This document shows positions 12,157 through 21,849 of a stretch of 58,946 nucleotides of DNA, piece after piece. Position 1 is the stretch's first letter. The number at the start of each line of letters is the position of its first letter. Source of the DNA: Chloroflexota bacterium (GTDB taxonomy: Bacteria; Chloroflexota; Anaerolineae; Anaerolineales; UBA11858); contig JBDLJO010000002.1 of NCBI GenBank assembly GCA_039714275.1, positions 1-58,946 on the forward strand, written 5' to 3'. The notes under the pieces were generated by a model. That model saw only the letters and a list, made by a program, of their open reading frames with translations. It had not been told where the DNA came from and did not search any database. A program made the position numbers and the translations under genes.

Positions 12157-15100
12157 TTAAGGGTAATTTTCAAGTACACGATAAATAATTGTTTCGCCCG
12201 TTCGGAAAACTTCATCCCATAAAGTTCCTTCTTGGGATGAAAATTTATCTAAACCTGGGCCAGCGTATTTAGCTTGTTCGAGCAGTCCATAAATAATATA
12301 GCTAACCTGATATTGATCTAGGAACTGCTCCGCAAGGGCTAAATCTTCGGTCATATAAAACTCATGTACCGCATCAACGCGCTCGAAGACCCATTCGTGA
12401 GGGGTCAGGGTGCGCTGCTGACGTTGATGCCAATTCCAACCTACCACACCTGGAAGACCAGTATAAACTGTGAAGCGCGTGCCCCAATGGTATTCCACTT
12501 GATTTGCTTCTACAATAACCGGTGATCCGCTGACATTGTCTTGAATCCAACGTATAGCGCGGTAATCTTGACTCAAATCGAGGGTGCTACCTTCTTCATG
12601 ATGCAGTGCATCTTCCATGTAAACCATACCATCCAAAGAGCGCGATGCACTGGGTTCCATGCGATCTTTCGTTTTGGCATATCCTGCCATAAAAGGATAT
12701 AACCCGGCAACTACAACTAATAATGAGAGCGCTATTTGCCATATCAATCGACGACCAGGGTGCCAGCGCTGCCATTCGGCAAACAACCAGCCCAGCGAAG
12801 CAGCAGCGCTGATCGCGAAAAATGTCCATGCTTGTAGATAAAATTTAAAAACTGTATTCATGCGGCCAATATCACCGCGCAGCACAATAATCTCAACCAA
12901 TAACGTTAAAGCTAAGGCAGTACCTATAAAAAAGAGCACTATCCTTTTTTGATGAGAAAGCCCTGGGCGAAATATCAAGATGACCGTCCAAATTGCCAGG
13001 GGTAAGACCCACCAAACGATATGCATGCCTAATCCAATTGGGAGCTTATTCAACAGTGAAGCTTGATTCCCGAAAGATAATCCCAAATTGAAGATCACCA
13101 GTAAGACAACTGAAAAAGCAGCTACGATGAGTCCACGGTAGGGCTGCAATTTGCGCAGTGCTGAAACCGGTGTAGTACGCATCCAATCGATGGTTTCGAT
13201 GAAAAGCCAACTCACGATCAAAAACAAAAACAAACCCCAATGGGCAAGATATTCTAAGGAGGGTGTATTGGTGCCCCCCCAAATATCAATTTGATTGTAC
13301 CCCTGCCCATACCAACTCCGGTAGGGTTGATAAAGTTTTGATGCAGCAGCGATAAAGAAAACACTGCCACCTACCGCCAAAAACAAACGCTTCAGGATGG
13401 TCCCTTGATGCCAAATCCAAGCAGTATAAGAAATTCCAACACATCCTAATAACAGGTAAGGATAATAATCCCAGGTATTGGTAGGATACAAAGCGCCAAC
13501 TACCAGGGCACCGATCATCAAACTCCCAAAAATGCGTGCTGGTTTTGCCAAATTGATGCCGCGCCCTAAGACCCATGAAAGTGCCCAAGCCACTGCTAAA
13601 ATCGTTATCGGCAAAGCAATCCAGTGGGCATGCAGGTCGCCATAAAGGAATGTAAAAAATGGGAATTCAGTAATCGGACCGCCGTGCTCAGTAGAGATCA
13701 CTCGGCTGGGATTCCAATACCACTCATCCAAGCGATATGACAGGGACATACCGCTTAAGGATTTGAAAAATCCTTGTACAGCCCAAAGCGTGCGCTGTAC
13801 AACACCAGCCGCGGTCACTTCTTCAATTGGTACGATCAAACGTTGATAGCCGCGCACAAACATCTGGAAAATGCCTAAATTACCTAAAACAGCCATACCC
13901 AAAGCACCGGCCATTGCACTGCTGAAACGGTGCGTGGAAATCAATTTCCGCAAGGTGAGCTGCCATGCTTCCAGTTTACCGTCAACAAGATTCCAGACAA
14001 TGGAAAAGACACCAAGGGCGATCATGGCAAAGATCGTCGGTAGGATCAGATTATAGGCAAAAGCAGGAACAATGCCTAAAAATTTGACCAACACGCCGAC
14101 AAAGACAAATCCAAAATAGTAGTAGTTAATGTATCCACCGGCAAACCAAGGATCATAAGGTGGGAAGGATGTGCTTTTGAGAACCGCGTTAAAATAGGAG
14201 AAATCCATAGGTTTCTCCCCACCCTTCCAAGGATGCCATAAATCGGGATTCCCAAATCGGACCCATAAGCCGGTCAAAAAGAAGGCCAAGAACAAACCCT
14301 CAATAACCAGGAAATATACTCTCTGTTCACGCCACACCACGACCAAGGCTTCACGCTGTCGATAGGCTAAATAACCATTGATGGTTAATAATAAAAGCAG
14401 CACAACAGCAATCGTGCCCCTGCTGAAAGGAATTCGCAGAGAACCTGCCAGCCAGACACCATATGAAAGCAGCAGTAACCCAACAATACGTGCTAAAGGA
14501 TAGCCCCGGTCAACTAAACCGGGCATCGTATAACGCATTAATGGATAAACGATCAATCCGAGGGTAAAAACACTCAAATACCATAAAATCACACCCAGAA
14601 TAGGATAGCTGTTGTACAAGGCATTAACATCAAAAAGGTCTGACCAGGTTCCCCCAGTACGCTGTTCATCCAAACGATCATACGGCAGCATCAAGGTGCC
14701 AGGATGATCATCCGCTTTGCGAGGAGTAATACGAATCACCTTCGTGAGATCAACGGCACCCATAATCGTCATTACACGATCTGGGTCATAATCAGCCATT
14801 TTTTTAAAAATGAAAACTTTCGGGTGGTCATAGACAGTAAAAGCTTCTTCTGAGGCCTGGTCGTTAATGGAAAAAGCACCGATCGTGGGACTGGATTGGA
14901 AAACCTGAATTAATTCAAAACCTAAATCGCCCTGGAACATACCAGGTTCTGCGACGTTGTAACACCACTCGATGGTATTTTCAACAGGACAATTTAACAA
15001 ATTCCGGTAATATTCTATTGTAAGCGGGTAACGAGCTGGAACGCGGGTAGTGCTTGCCCATTGGCGGCTGGAGGTGATCAGGATGTAATCTGCTTGATTG

Positions 15101-17118
15101 AGGGTGGAAATAAAACGTTCGAATTTTTCTTGATTATCATCCCAGTACATTTCGAAATTCAACCCGTTCTGATAGATACCGCCATAGGGGTCATATCCAT
15201 CAATGCGCAGCGGTAAACCATCGTCCCAGGTGGATTCGTTCGCAATGGCTGTACCAGCCAGCGTCAATTCCCCTGCTCCAGAATAAGCTAATTGCAAAAC
15301 ATAATTTTCCCCGGCATAAATCCGGAAGGGTTGATCTAGTTCAACGTTGTAGCTGCCCCCCGATTTGTTCGGAGAGGCAATGGCAAAATCACTTTCCAGT
15401 GAGGCCAAACTTTGATCTCCAGAAGGGGAGGTTAACTTGAGGGTCAGGATTCCAACCCCGCCCAGTGAGCTTTGATCAGCAATATTCAGCAGTTCAACTC
15501 CCGAGATAGTTCCATCTACTGAAGCGGTGAAATTTGCATTGTAGGGAACATTGTCAATAATTAATGTACCCTCATGGAAAGGGATGGGTTGGAATTTCTC
15601 TCCCTGATCTGTATCAACCGCCAGCGTGATGGGTCCAGGTAAATTCTGAAAGATCCAGCGAGAAGCTGCGATGCGGGGATGTGCCTGCCGATAAATATCA
15701 GTAAAGCCATAAGACCAGGCGGCGCTGGCTAAAACAATTAACATCCCCAATACAGCTACCAAACTGCGCCTAAAACGTGACGGTTGCCGGTCATAAATAT
15801 AAAAACTACTCCAGGCTCCAAAAATCGCCAGCAAGGGATAAATGGGCAACTGATAACGCATGGTGCTGTTCCATTGGAAAGATTGCAAACCAAAGAAATA
15901 GAAAGCCGTCCACCCCCAAAGAAGAATATGTTTCAACCAATCACCTTTGAGCATGCGCCATCCGGCCAATAAGAACCCAAACCAGGCAAGGATGCCCAGC
16001 GGCAAACCGAGTCCCCAGCGGATGATATTATCAAGAGAAAACCAATAAGGTCGACGGGCCCACTGCAGGGCGGGAGGAAAATCAACATCCCCTCCGGTAA
16101 GCGCGCTTACAGACTTCATATTTTCCAGCCAGGCCGGATTAAGTTTAATTCCGAAGAATCCTGGTCCAATAAAAGCATAAGGCTGGAAAATGCGAAAAGC
16201 AATCAGGCTGATTCCAGCAGCAAGAATCAAATATGCAAATAAAATCGGTGCCAGCTCTCTTCGCTGGTCAACAGGCAATCGCCATCCATATAATAAAGCC
16301 GCTAAAGGTAGGGTAAACGCGACTGGGGCGACATTAATTTTTGAAGCCATCGCCATACCCAAGGCCAAACCAAAAAATATACTTGGTGTAAAAAACGGAT
16401 GGGTAAAGAAATTGCGTAATTTGGGAAAACTCTGCTCAAAACCCATTTCCTCGATATTCGGTTTAATCACAGCAATTTGAATGGCAAAATAAACTGACAA
16501 AAGGGCAAATAAGTTTGAAAACGTATCAACGGTGAAAAAATGAGAAAGTTGAATAGGTAAAACCGAGAAGGCGGCAAAACCAGCTGCCATAAGTCCTACG
16601 CGCCGATCGTATATTTTTTTAGCAATACCATAGACCAGCAAGATGACGCCCAGGTCTGCCAGGGCTGATAAGAAACGCCCCACCACATGTACATCACCAT
16701 AACCAGATAAATCCACCCCTTCTGCCACATAACGAACAATAAAAATTGGCAGCGAACCGTAAACAAAGAAAGTATGCCCGCGATTATGCGGATTCAATGG
16801 TGAACAGGCGGTATCAAAATAACCACCCCACTGCTCACAATCCGGCAGATCGTTAAGGTATGGGGCTCGCCAGGATTGGGATACGAGAGTAGGCGGTGGT
16901 CCGAGGGCATCCTGTGGTGTACCTATCGGCTGGATTGCTGACTCCACCATGGTCAAGAAACGCTCATCGGGATGCAAATGCTGATCTTCGTCCCAACGCA
17001 AGCCTACAAACCGTAAATAAGCGCCTGCGGTTAATATCAGGATAAGGAGAAGACCATATATCCACGAACGAGGATCTCGCCTCGGTGGGTTAAAAGTTAT
17101 GGTAGTTTCGTCATTCAT
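12157..17118 (-). CDS. Giant fusion membrane protein: N-terminal GT-C-like module, about 365-aa extracytoplasmic domain, and a C-terminal Chlor_Arch_YYY/DUF2298 module
   Basis: 1653-aa uninterrupted ORF. The N-terminal loop reads RWDEDQHLHPDERF. The hydrophilic middle spans residues about 473-838. The C-terminal half repeats every motif of the neighbouring 827-aa protein: DRGYPLAR, EKPMDFSYFNAVLKS..PPYDPW, INYYYFGF, EFPFFTFLYGDLHAH, FKFYLQAW. Confidence 0.85.
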   Translation of the reverse strand: MNDETTITFNPPRRDPRSWIYGLLLILILTAGAYLRFVGLRWDEDQHLHPDERFLTMVESAIQPIGTPQDALGPPPTLVSQSWRAPYLNDLPDCEQWGGYFDTACSPLNPHNRGHTFFVYGSLPIFIVRYVAEGVDLSGYGDVHVVGRFLSALADLGVILLVYGIAKKIYDRRVGLMAAGFAAFSVLPIQLSHFFTVDTFSNLFALLSVYFAIQIAVIKPNIEEMGFEQSFPKLRNFFTHPFFTPSIFFGLALGMAMASKINVAPVAFTLPLAALLYGWRLPVDQRRELAPILFAYLILAAGISLIAFRIFQPYAFIGPGFFGIKLNPAWLENMKSVSALTGGDVDFPPALQWARRPYWFSLDNIIRWGLGLPLGILAWFGFLLAGWRMLKGDWLKHILLWGWTAFYFFGLQSFQWNSTMRYQLPIYPLLAIFGAWSSFYIYDRQPSRFRRSLVAVLGMLIVLASAAWSYGFTDIYRQAHPRIAASRWIFQNLPGPITLAVDTDQGEKFQPIPFHEGTLIIDNVPYNANFTASVDGTISGVELLNIADQSSLGGVGILTLKLTSPSGDQSLASLESDFAIASPNKSGGSYNVELDQPFRIYAGENYVLQLAYSGAGELTLAGTAIANESTWDDGLPLRIDGYDPYGGIYQNGLNFEMYWDDNQEKFERFISTLNQADYILITSSRQWASTTRVPARYPLTIEYYRNLLNCPVENTIEWCYNVAEPGMFQGDLGFELIQVFQSSPTIGAFSINDQASEEAFTVYDHPKVFIFKKMADYDPDRVMTIMGAVDLTKVIRITPRKADDHPGTLMLPYDRLDEQRTGGTWSDLFDVNALYNSYPILGVILWYLSVFTLGLIVYPLMRYTMPGLVDRGYPLARIVGLLLLSYGVWLAGSLRIPFSRGTIAVVLLLLLTINGYLAYRQREALVVVWREQRVYFLVIEGLFLAFFLTGLWVRFGNPDLWHPWKGGEKPMDFSYFNAVLKSTSFPPYDPWFAGGYINYYYFGFVFVGVLVKFLGIVPAFAYNLILPTIFAMIALGVFSIVWNLVDGKLEAWQLTLRKLISTHRFSSAMAGALGMAVLGNLGIFQMFVRGYQRLIVPIEEVTAAGVVQRTLWAVQGFFKSLSGMSLSYRLDEWYWNPSRVISTEHGGPITEFPFFTFLYGDLHAHWIALPITILAVAWALSWVLGRGINLAKPARIFGSLMIGALVVGALYPTNTWDYYPYLLLGCVGISYTAWIWHQGTILKRLFLAVGGSVFFIAAASKLYQPYRSWYGQGYNQIDIWGGTNTPSLEYLAHWGLFLFLIVSWLFIETIDWMRTTPVSALRKLQPYRGLIVAAFSVVLLVIFNLGLSFGNQASLLNKLPIGLGMHIVWWVLPLAIWTVILIFRPGLSHQKRIVLFFIGTALALTLLVEIIVLRGDIGRMNTVFKFYLQAWTFFAISAAASLGWLFAEWQRWHPGRRLIWQIALSLLVVVAGLYPFMAGYAKTKDRMEPSASRSLDGMVYMEDALHHEEGSTLDLSQDYRAIRWIQDNVSGSPVIVEANQVEYHWGTRFTVYTGLPGVVGWNWHQRQQRTLTPHEWVFERVDAVHEFYMTEDLALAEQFLDQYQVSYIIYGLLEQAKYAGPGLDKFSSQEGTLWDEVFRTGETIIYRVLENYP

Positions 17119-17121
17119 AGG

Positions 17122-19302
17122 TTATTCATCTAAAGTGCGTTGGGGAACAAAATAAACGCCGAAATCTTTGTCATCCAATGCACTTTCAATTACATTCGAA
17201 GTTCCTCCGGGATAAAGCTGCTGCAAAGTAATGACTGCATCATGATCATCGGGCTTGAATAAAAAAAGTTTGGTGCCAGAAACTTCAAGTGTTTGTTCCA
17301 ATTCATCGGGCCAAAGCCCAGGATCACGCAGCGGCATACCGGCATTGATAGACACCAAACGGGTATCCGCCCAATGGGGATATCGTACAACCCAGGTTTG
17401 GTCTTCGCTGCCGATCGTATCGATAAACTGACGCATGACTGTGCCCATTTCAGATGTATTCCAGGCACTGCGCGAAAATTGATCTTGATATTGGTGAAAG
17501 ACAAGATCATAATTTTGTCCGGCAGACAAAGCAAAAAGAAGTATAGCCAATCCCCATGCAGCACTCGCACCTCCCTTTGTTGATAAACCATCTTTAATGC
17601 TGGTCATCAAATAGTCGAGGGCAATGCCAACAATCAAGAAGACTGGAATCAATGCTCCACCCGTGCGGTTCAGAGAAGGGTTCTCAGAAGGAAAAGCCAA
17701 TGACAAAATCGAAGGCATCATCAATAACGGAATCGATATCAACCAGAAGAGATCCAACCAGTCTCGCTCCCGTAAATAACGCACCAACAGCAAAACTACA
17801 CCCAAGAAAAATAGTGCGGCCGAAACCACACCTAATGCCGGACGCTGGGACACAGAATGTACCCAAGTATCTCCATTGTTCCAGAAAAACATGGTCAGTG
17901 CATCCCAGAGGTTCTTAAAGAATATCTCCCCAACTGCCCCAGGATAAGGACGTTCGATGGTGCCCATACGCGTCATGGTACGGTAAGTAAATTCATTCAT
18001 GTGCGTCAGGGCATAGCGAAATAATGGTAAGAAAATCCATAATGAAACCCAAACCATTATCGTCGAACGCCAGAATATCTGGACACGGTTTCCATGAGAA
18101 GCGCGATGCAAGAGATAAAGTCCAAGAGCCCCTATTACAACCAGAGGAACGAATCGAAAAGGGCTGTAACCGTGCAAACCAAGCCCAAGAGCAAGTCCCG
18201 CCCAGATAAAATCATTGCGGTTTTGCCGCCTGATACCACGCACCAAAAAGTAAATGGTTGGCGCAGTAAAGAAGGGATATAACGTGAAACGCAATGCCAC
18301 TCGAGAAATCACATTCGGCCAGTAAGCCACACCTGCAAATGCCATGGCCAATAATCCTACACGGCGACCAGCAACTTCTTTACCCAGCAGATAAATAAAG
18401 GGCAGCGTGAATAATCCGGCTAAAGCTGTGCCAATTTTCAAACTTAAGAAAGATAACCCGGTGCCAAAAACCAGTGCTACAGCCGCGGTGAGGTACATTT
18501 GAAACGCCTCGCGCCCGGTATTGCGGGGAAAGAAAATTCGCGTTTCACCTGTCAGCACATCCCCTACATCCCAGAGTTTCTCGGCATGGTCACTGAACAT
18601 CTCCGGCGGCACACTGCCCAATTGATAAAAACGGAAGAAAGCAGCAAGAACAAAAATGCCAAATACAAACAAAGACCAACCAGGCAATCGCAATCCTTGA
18701 GATATAAAATCGTCAAAAGCTATGCGCAGAGATTTCCCCCAAGACAAATCTCGCGCCTTCGGAATCATGAGGGCAGAAATCAATGTGACCAGTGAAATAC
18801 CCCACAAAAAAAGATTGACCTGGGTGAATAAATTACCAGAAAAAGAGATAAAAGCCGCTAAGCCGGTAACCAGACTGATAGTAAGCATCAAGGTACGGGC
18901 TGTAAGTGGATCCTTTCCGGGGTTCACTTGAGGTTGGTTGTCTTGAGATGGAAAAGATTTGCGCAGCAATCCCCAGACCAGGACACCTGCTGCTGCCAGG
19001 TAGAAAAGGACACCTGCCCCAACATTGCGCTGGGGAGGTTCAAGAAAACGTTGAGCAAATAATGCAAGCCCCAAAACGAGCAACACCCACCATCCTGACC
19101 ATTGAAAAGGGAAAATGCCAGCATTTTCGGTTCCAATGTCTGTGTCCAATGAAACAGCATCGGGCATTTCATCGAGTGAATTAATATACTCTTCACCTAC
19201 CAATGAATCACTGTCTAGAATAGGAATTTCAATGGGTTCGGAGCGCCAAAAGGTAAGTTTTGATTTTAGATAGTCAAGGACTGAAGGTTCTCTCATCATC
19301 AA
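17122..19302 (-). CDS. Glycosyltransferase family 39 / ArnT-like (GT-C) membrane protein
   Basis: 726 aa and polytopic. The motif FFRFYQLGSVPPEMFSDHAEKLWDVGD resembles the first periplasmic loop of lipid-carrier-dependent glycosyltransferases. Its stop lies 3 nt from the next start. Confidence 0.7.
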   Translation of the reverse strand: MMMREPSVLDYLKSKLTFWRSEPIEIPILDSDSLVGEEYINSLDEMPDAVSLDTDIGTENAGIFPFQWSGWWVLLVLGLALFAQRFLEPPQRNVGAGVLFYLAAAGVLVWGLLRKSFPSQDNQPQVNPGKDPLTARTLMLTISLVTGLAAFISFSGNLFTQVNLFLWGISLVTLISALMIPKARDLSWGKSLRIAFDDFISQGLRLPGWSLFVFGIFVLAAFFRFYQLGSVPPEMFSDHAEKLWDVGDVLTGETRIFFPRNTGREAFQMYLTAAVALVFGTGLSFLSLKIGTALAGLFTLPFIYLLGKEVAGRRVGLLAMAFAGVAYWPNVISRVALRFTLYPFFTAPTIYFLVRGIRRQNRNDFIWAGLALGLGLHGYSPFRFVPLVVIGALGLYLLHRASHGNRVQIFWRSTIMVWVSLWIFLPLFRYALTHMNEFTYRTMTRMGTIERPYPGAVGEIFFKNLWDALTMFFWNNGDTWVHSVSQRPALGVVSAALFFLGVVLLLVRYLRERDWLDLFWLISIPLLMMPSILSLAFPSENPSLNRTGGALIPVFLIVGIALDYLMTSIKDGLSTKGGASAAWGLAILLFALSAGQNYDLVFHQYQDQFSRSAWNTSEMGTVMRQFIDTIGSEDQTWVVRYPHWADTRLVSINAGMPLRDPGLWPDELEQTLEVSGTKLFLFKPDDHDAVITLQQLYPGGTSNVIESALDDKDFGVYFVPQRTLDE

Positions 19303-19558
19303 GACCTAATGATAACGCATGGCGTGGTTTTTATGGAAATTTTTGGTGATCGAATATTCCGCTGCCAAGATTAATTGCGGAATAACGCATAAACTCATAT
19401 TGCTCAGGAAAGGATAATACCTGAAAAATCCAACAGCTTATTTTCCCCGTTCGGGGATAAATTCGGAATTTCCAGATCCTGAGGGTGAATTTAATTGTTT
19501 ACCCACGTTTCTGCAGGTAATCGTTCCGAATATATGCAACAAAGCTGCTTAATTCACC

Positions 19559-20728
19559 TTAAGATGCACTCAATTCCCGCATTAAATCCTGATACATTTT
19601 TTCATAAGCTGCGGCATTCAGGTCGGGGGAAAAAGTGTGTGCAATTTCATCAGGGTTGCCCTGATAATTTTCTGGGTGATTTATGATTTTTAGCACGGCT
19701 TGTGCTAAATGATCCGCATCACCAATCGTGACCACTTCACCCATACCGGTCATCAGCGGGGGTTGACGAACACCGGGCAGATCAGATGCCACCGTGGGTA
19801 CGCCATTCATCATGGCCTCGATTTGCACCAAACCAAAAGTTTCGGTTGAATTTAAACTTGGGACAACAAGCACATCCAAATTGGGATAAAAGGCTGCCAT
19901 TTGGGCAGGATTCAATGTCCCTAGAAACTTCCACTGCCCTTTGGCGATATAGGCGCGAATTTTGGGAAGCAGGCGCTGCAAATAAGCTTCTTCGCCCATG
20001 ACATCCTGGTATTGCCCAGCGTAGAGGACCATGGCATCAGGCTGCTGCTCAAAAATCTTTGACAGCGCTTCAAGCAAAATTTCAACACCCTTTTCAGATG
20101 CAAACCGCGTAGCCATACCAATGACCGGATTTTTCTTTTGCGGATTATGCGTTTGTGCAAAGTCTGACACATCATCAAGGTTAATTTCAGGTAATTCTAC
20201 GGGTGGCAAGATAACATCAACCTTCTTGGAGAAAAGACGTAAGTATGGTGAGTGATTAGCAAAGTCTTCGGTATATGCGCCAATACGATGGGTAAAAATA
20301 CCGGCCAAAAAATTCATCAGATGGACAACTTGATTGGCAAGGCGATTAAATAATCCAGGAGGTAGTTTTAAGTCACTGTGATAAGAGATAACCGTCGGTT
20401 TTTTCAGTAACCGCCCACGCAAAGCGACACCTGCGGCGTCAAATTGGGGTAAATGTAAATGGATGATATCGTGTTTTAAAACCAATTTCCAGGCCAGGTA
20501 ACCAAATGTGGGCATAATAACGCCTTTGGAAATGCGGAGTAAGACAGGCGCACGTACAATGTGAACACCATCTATTATTTCTTCACGAGGGAGAGATTTA
20601 TCATACTGCGAAGTCAGCACGGTAACTTGATGGCCTCGATTGACCAAGGCACGTGCCAAACGCTGAACATAAATCGTCAAGCCGCTGATATGAGGACGGA
20701 AATAAGTGAGAACTATAAGTATTCGCAT
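19559..20728 (-). CDS. Glycosyltransferase family 4 (GT-B fold)
   Basis: 389 aa. N-terminal MRILIVLTYFRPHISGLTIYVQRLARAL, and a C-terminal EX7E-type region TETFGLVQIEAMMNGVPTVASD. Confidence 0.85.
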   Translation of the reverse strand: MRILIVLTYFRPHISGLTIYVQRLARALVNRGHQVTVLTSQYDKSLPREEIIDGVHIVRAPVLLRISKGVIMPTFGYLAWKLVLKHDIIHLHLPQFDAAGVALRGRLLKKPTVISYHSDLKLPPGLFNRLANQVVHLMNFLAGIFTHRIGAYTEDFANHSPYLRLFSKKVDVILPPVELPEINLDDVSDFAQTHNPQKKNPVIGMATRFASEKGVEILLEALSKIFEQQPDAMVLYAGQYQDVMGEEAYLQRLLPKIRAYIAKGQWKFLGTLNPAQMAAFYPNLDVLVVPSLNSTETFGLVQIEAMMNGVPTVASDLPGVRQPPLMTGMGEVVTIGDADHLAQAVLKIINHPENYQGNPDEIAHTFSPDLNAAAYEKMYQDLMRELSAS

Positions 20729-20805
20729 AAGTTTGTATCTTATCAGATTGATAGATTATTGCAATCAGCAGCTTCAAATCTGAGTGCGTATTGAGCGGCC
20801 GATGA

Positions 20806-21849
20806 TCACGAAAACAATTTTTTATTTCTATTGACCCAATCAAAAAGCAGCTTAATACCCGCTTCAACATCAACCTTGGGCCGCCATCCCAACTCACGCC
20901 GCGCTTTGTTAATATTGGACACAAAGATACGCTGATCTCCAGGACGCCATTCTTCTACCCAAGAGACCGGGATCTCGCGTCCCAATAACTCTTCTAGTAT
21001 TGGACCCAGTTCTTTCCAGATAGATATGGTGTGTTCAATGCTGCCACCGACATTGTAAACTTTCCCGGATGCAGTGGCGATATTTTCAACTGCGGAATCA
21101 TAGAGGTTGAGTAAATCATCAACAAATAACATGTCGCGAACCTGTTTACCATCACCATAAATCGTGATTGGGTACCCCATTACTGCAGCGATAATGAACC
21201 ACGCCAGATATCCTTGATCTTCAATGCCAAACTGCCGGGGTCCATAGATTGTGCTCTGACGAAATACTACGGTTGGAAGATCGTAGATACGATGATAATC
21301 ACGAACATATTGATCACCTGCTCCCTTGGAACAGCCATAAGGAGAGTGAAAATCTAAAGGCTGCGTCTCGGAAATCCCTTCAGGATAATCAACATACCCA
21401 TAGCGCGTATCATGCTCTTCGATGCGAACATCATCCATACCACCATAAACCTTATTCGTGGAGGCGTATAAAACGATGGGTTGGCGACCCGATAAGCGCG
21501 CCGCTTCGAGCACATTGAAGGTTCCCAAGGCGTTATCTTCAAAATCCTGACGAGGATCTTGTACCGAGGTCGTTACGGCTACCTGGGCAGCCAGATGCAC
21601 AATAACATCCGCATCTTGTGCCGTGGAGCACAAAAAGACATCATCTTTCAAATCACCTACGACAACTTGAAAAGCATGCTCTCCATGAGTTGAACGCAGC
21701 CATGCTAAATTAAGCGGCGCACCGGACCGTGAAAGACTATCGAAGATCGTTACCTGCTCACCACGCTTCAACAAACGATTAACGTAATTTGAACCTATAA
21801 AACCGGCTCCGCCGGTAATTAAATAGTGTTTTGACATGATGAACTCCAA
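20806..21849 (-). CDS. NAD-dependent nucleotide-sugar epimerase/dehydratase (extended SDR)
   Basis: 347 aa. Rossmann motif ITGGAGFIGSNY and catalytic YxxxK in SPYGCSKGAGDQY. Confidence 0.85.
   Translation of the reverse strand: MEFIMSKHYLITGGAGFIGSNYVNRLLKRGEQVTIFDSLSRSGAPLNLAWLRSTHGEHAFQVVVGDLKDDVFLCSTAQDADVIVHLAAQVAVTTSVQDPRQDFEDNALGTFNVLEAARLSGRQPIVLYASTNKVYGGMDDVRIEEHDTRYGYVDYPEGISETQPLDFHSPYGCSKGAGDQYVRDYHRIYDLPTVVFRQSTIYGPRQFGIEDQGYLAWFIIAAVMGYPITIYGDGKQVRDMLFVDDLLNLYDSAVENIATASGKVYNVGGSIEHTISIWKELGPILEELLGREIPVSWVEEWRPGDQRIFVSNINKARRELGWRPKVDVEAGIKLLFDWVNRNKKLFS

Noticed and set aside
19303-19558. 256-nt gap inside the envelope block, with small hairpins ATTCCGC-N14-GCGGAAT (19356-19383) and TCCCC-GTTC-GGGGA (19444-19457).
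   Set aside because: The stems are short and lack U-tracts, and I could find no convincing promoter hexamers. It is probably just a sub-operon boundary and not worth a separate claim.
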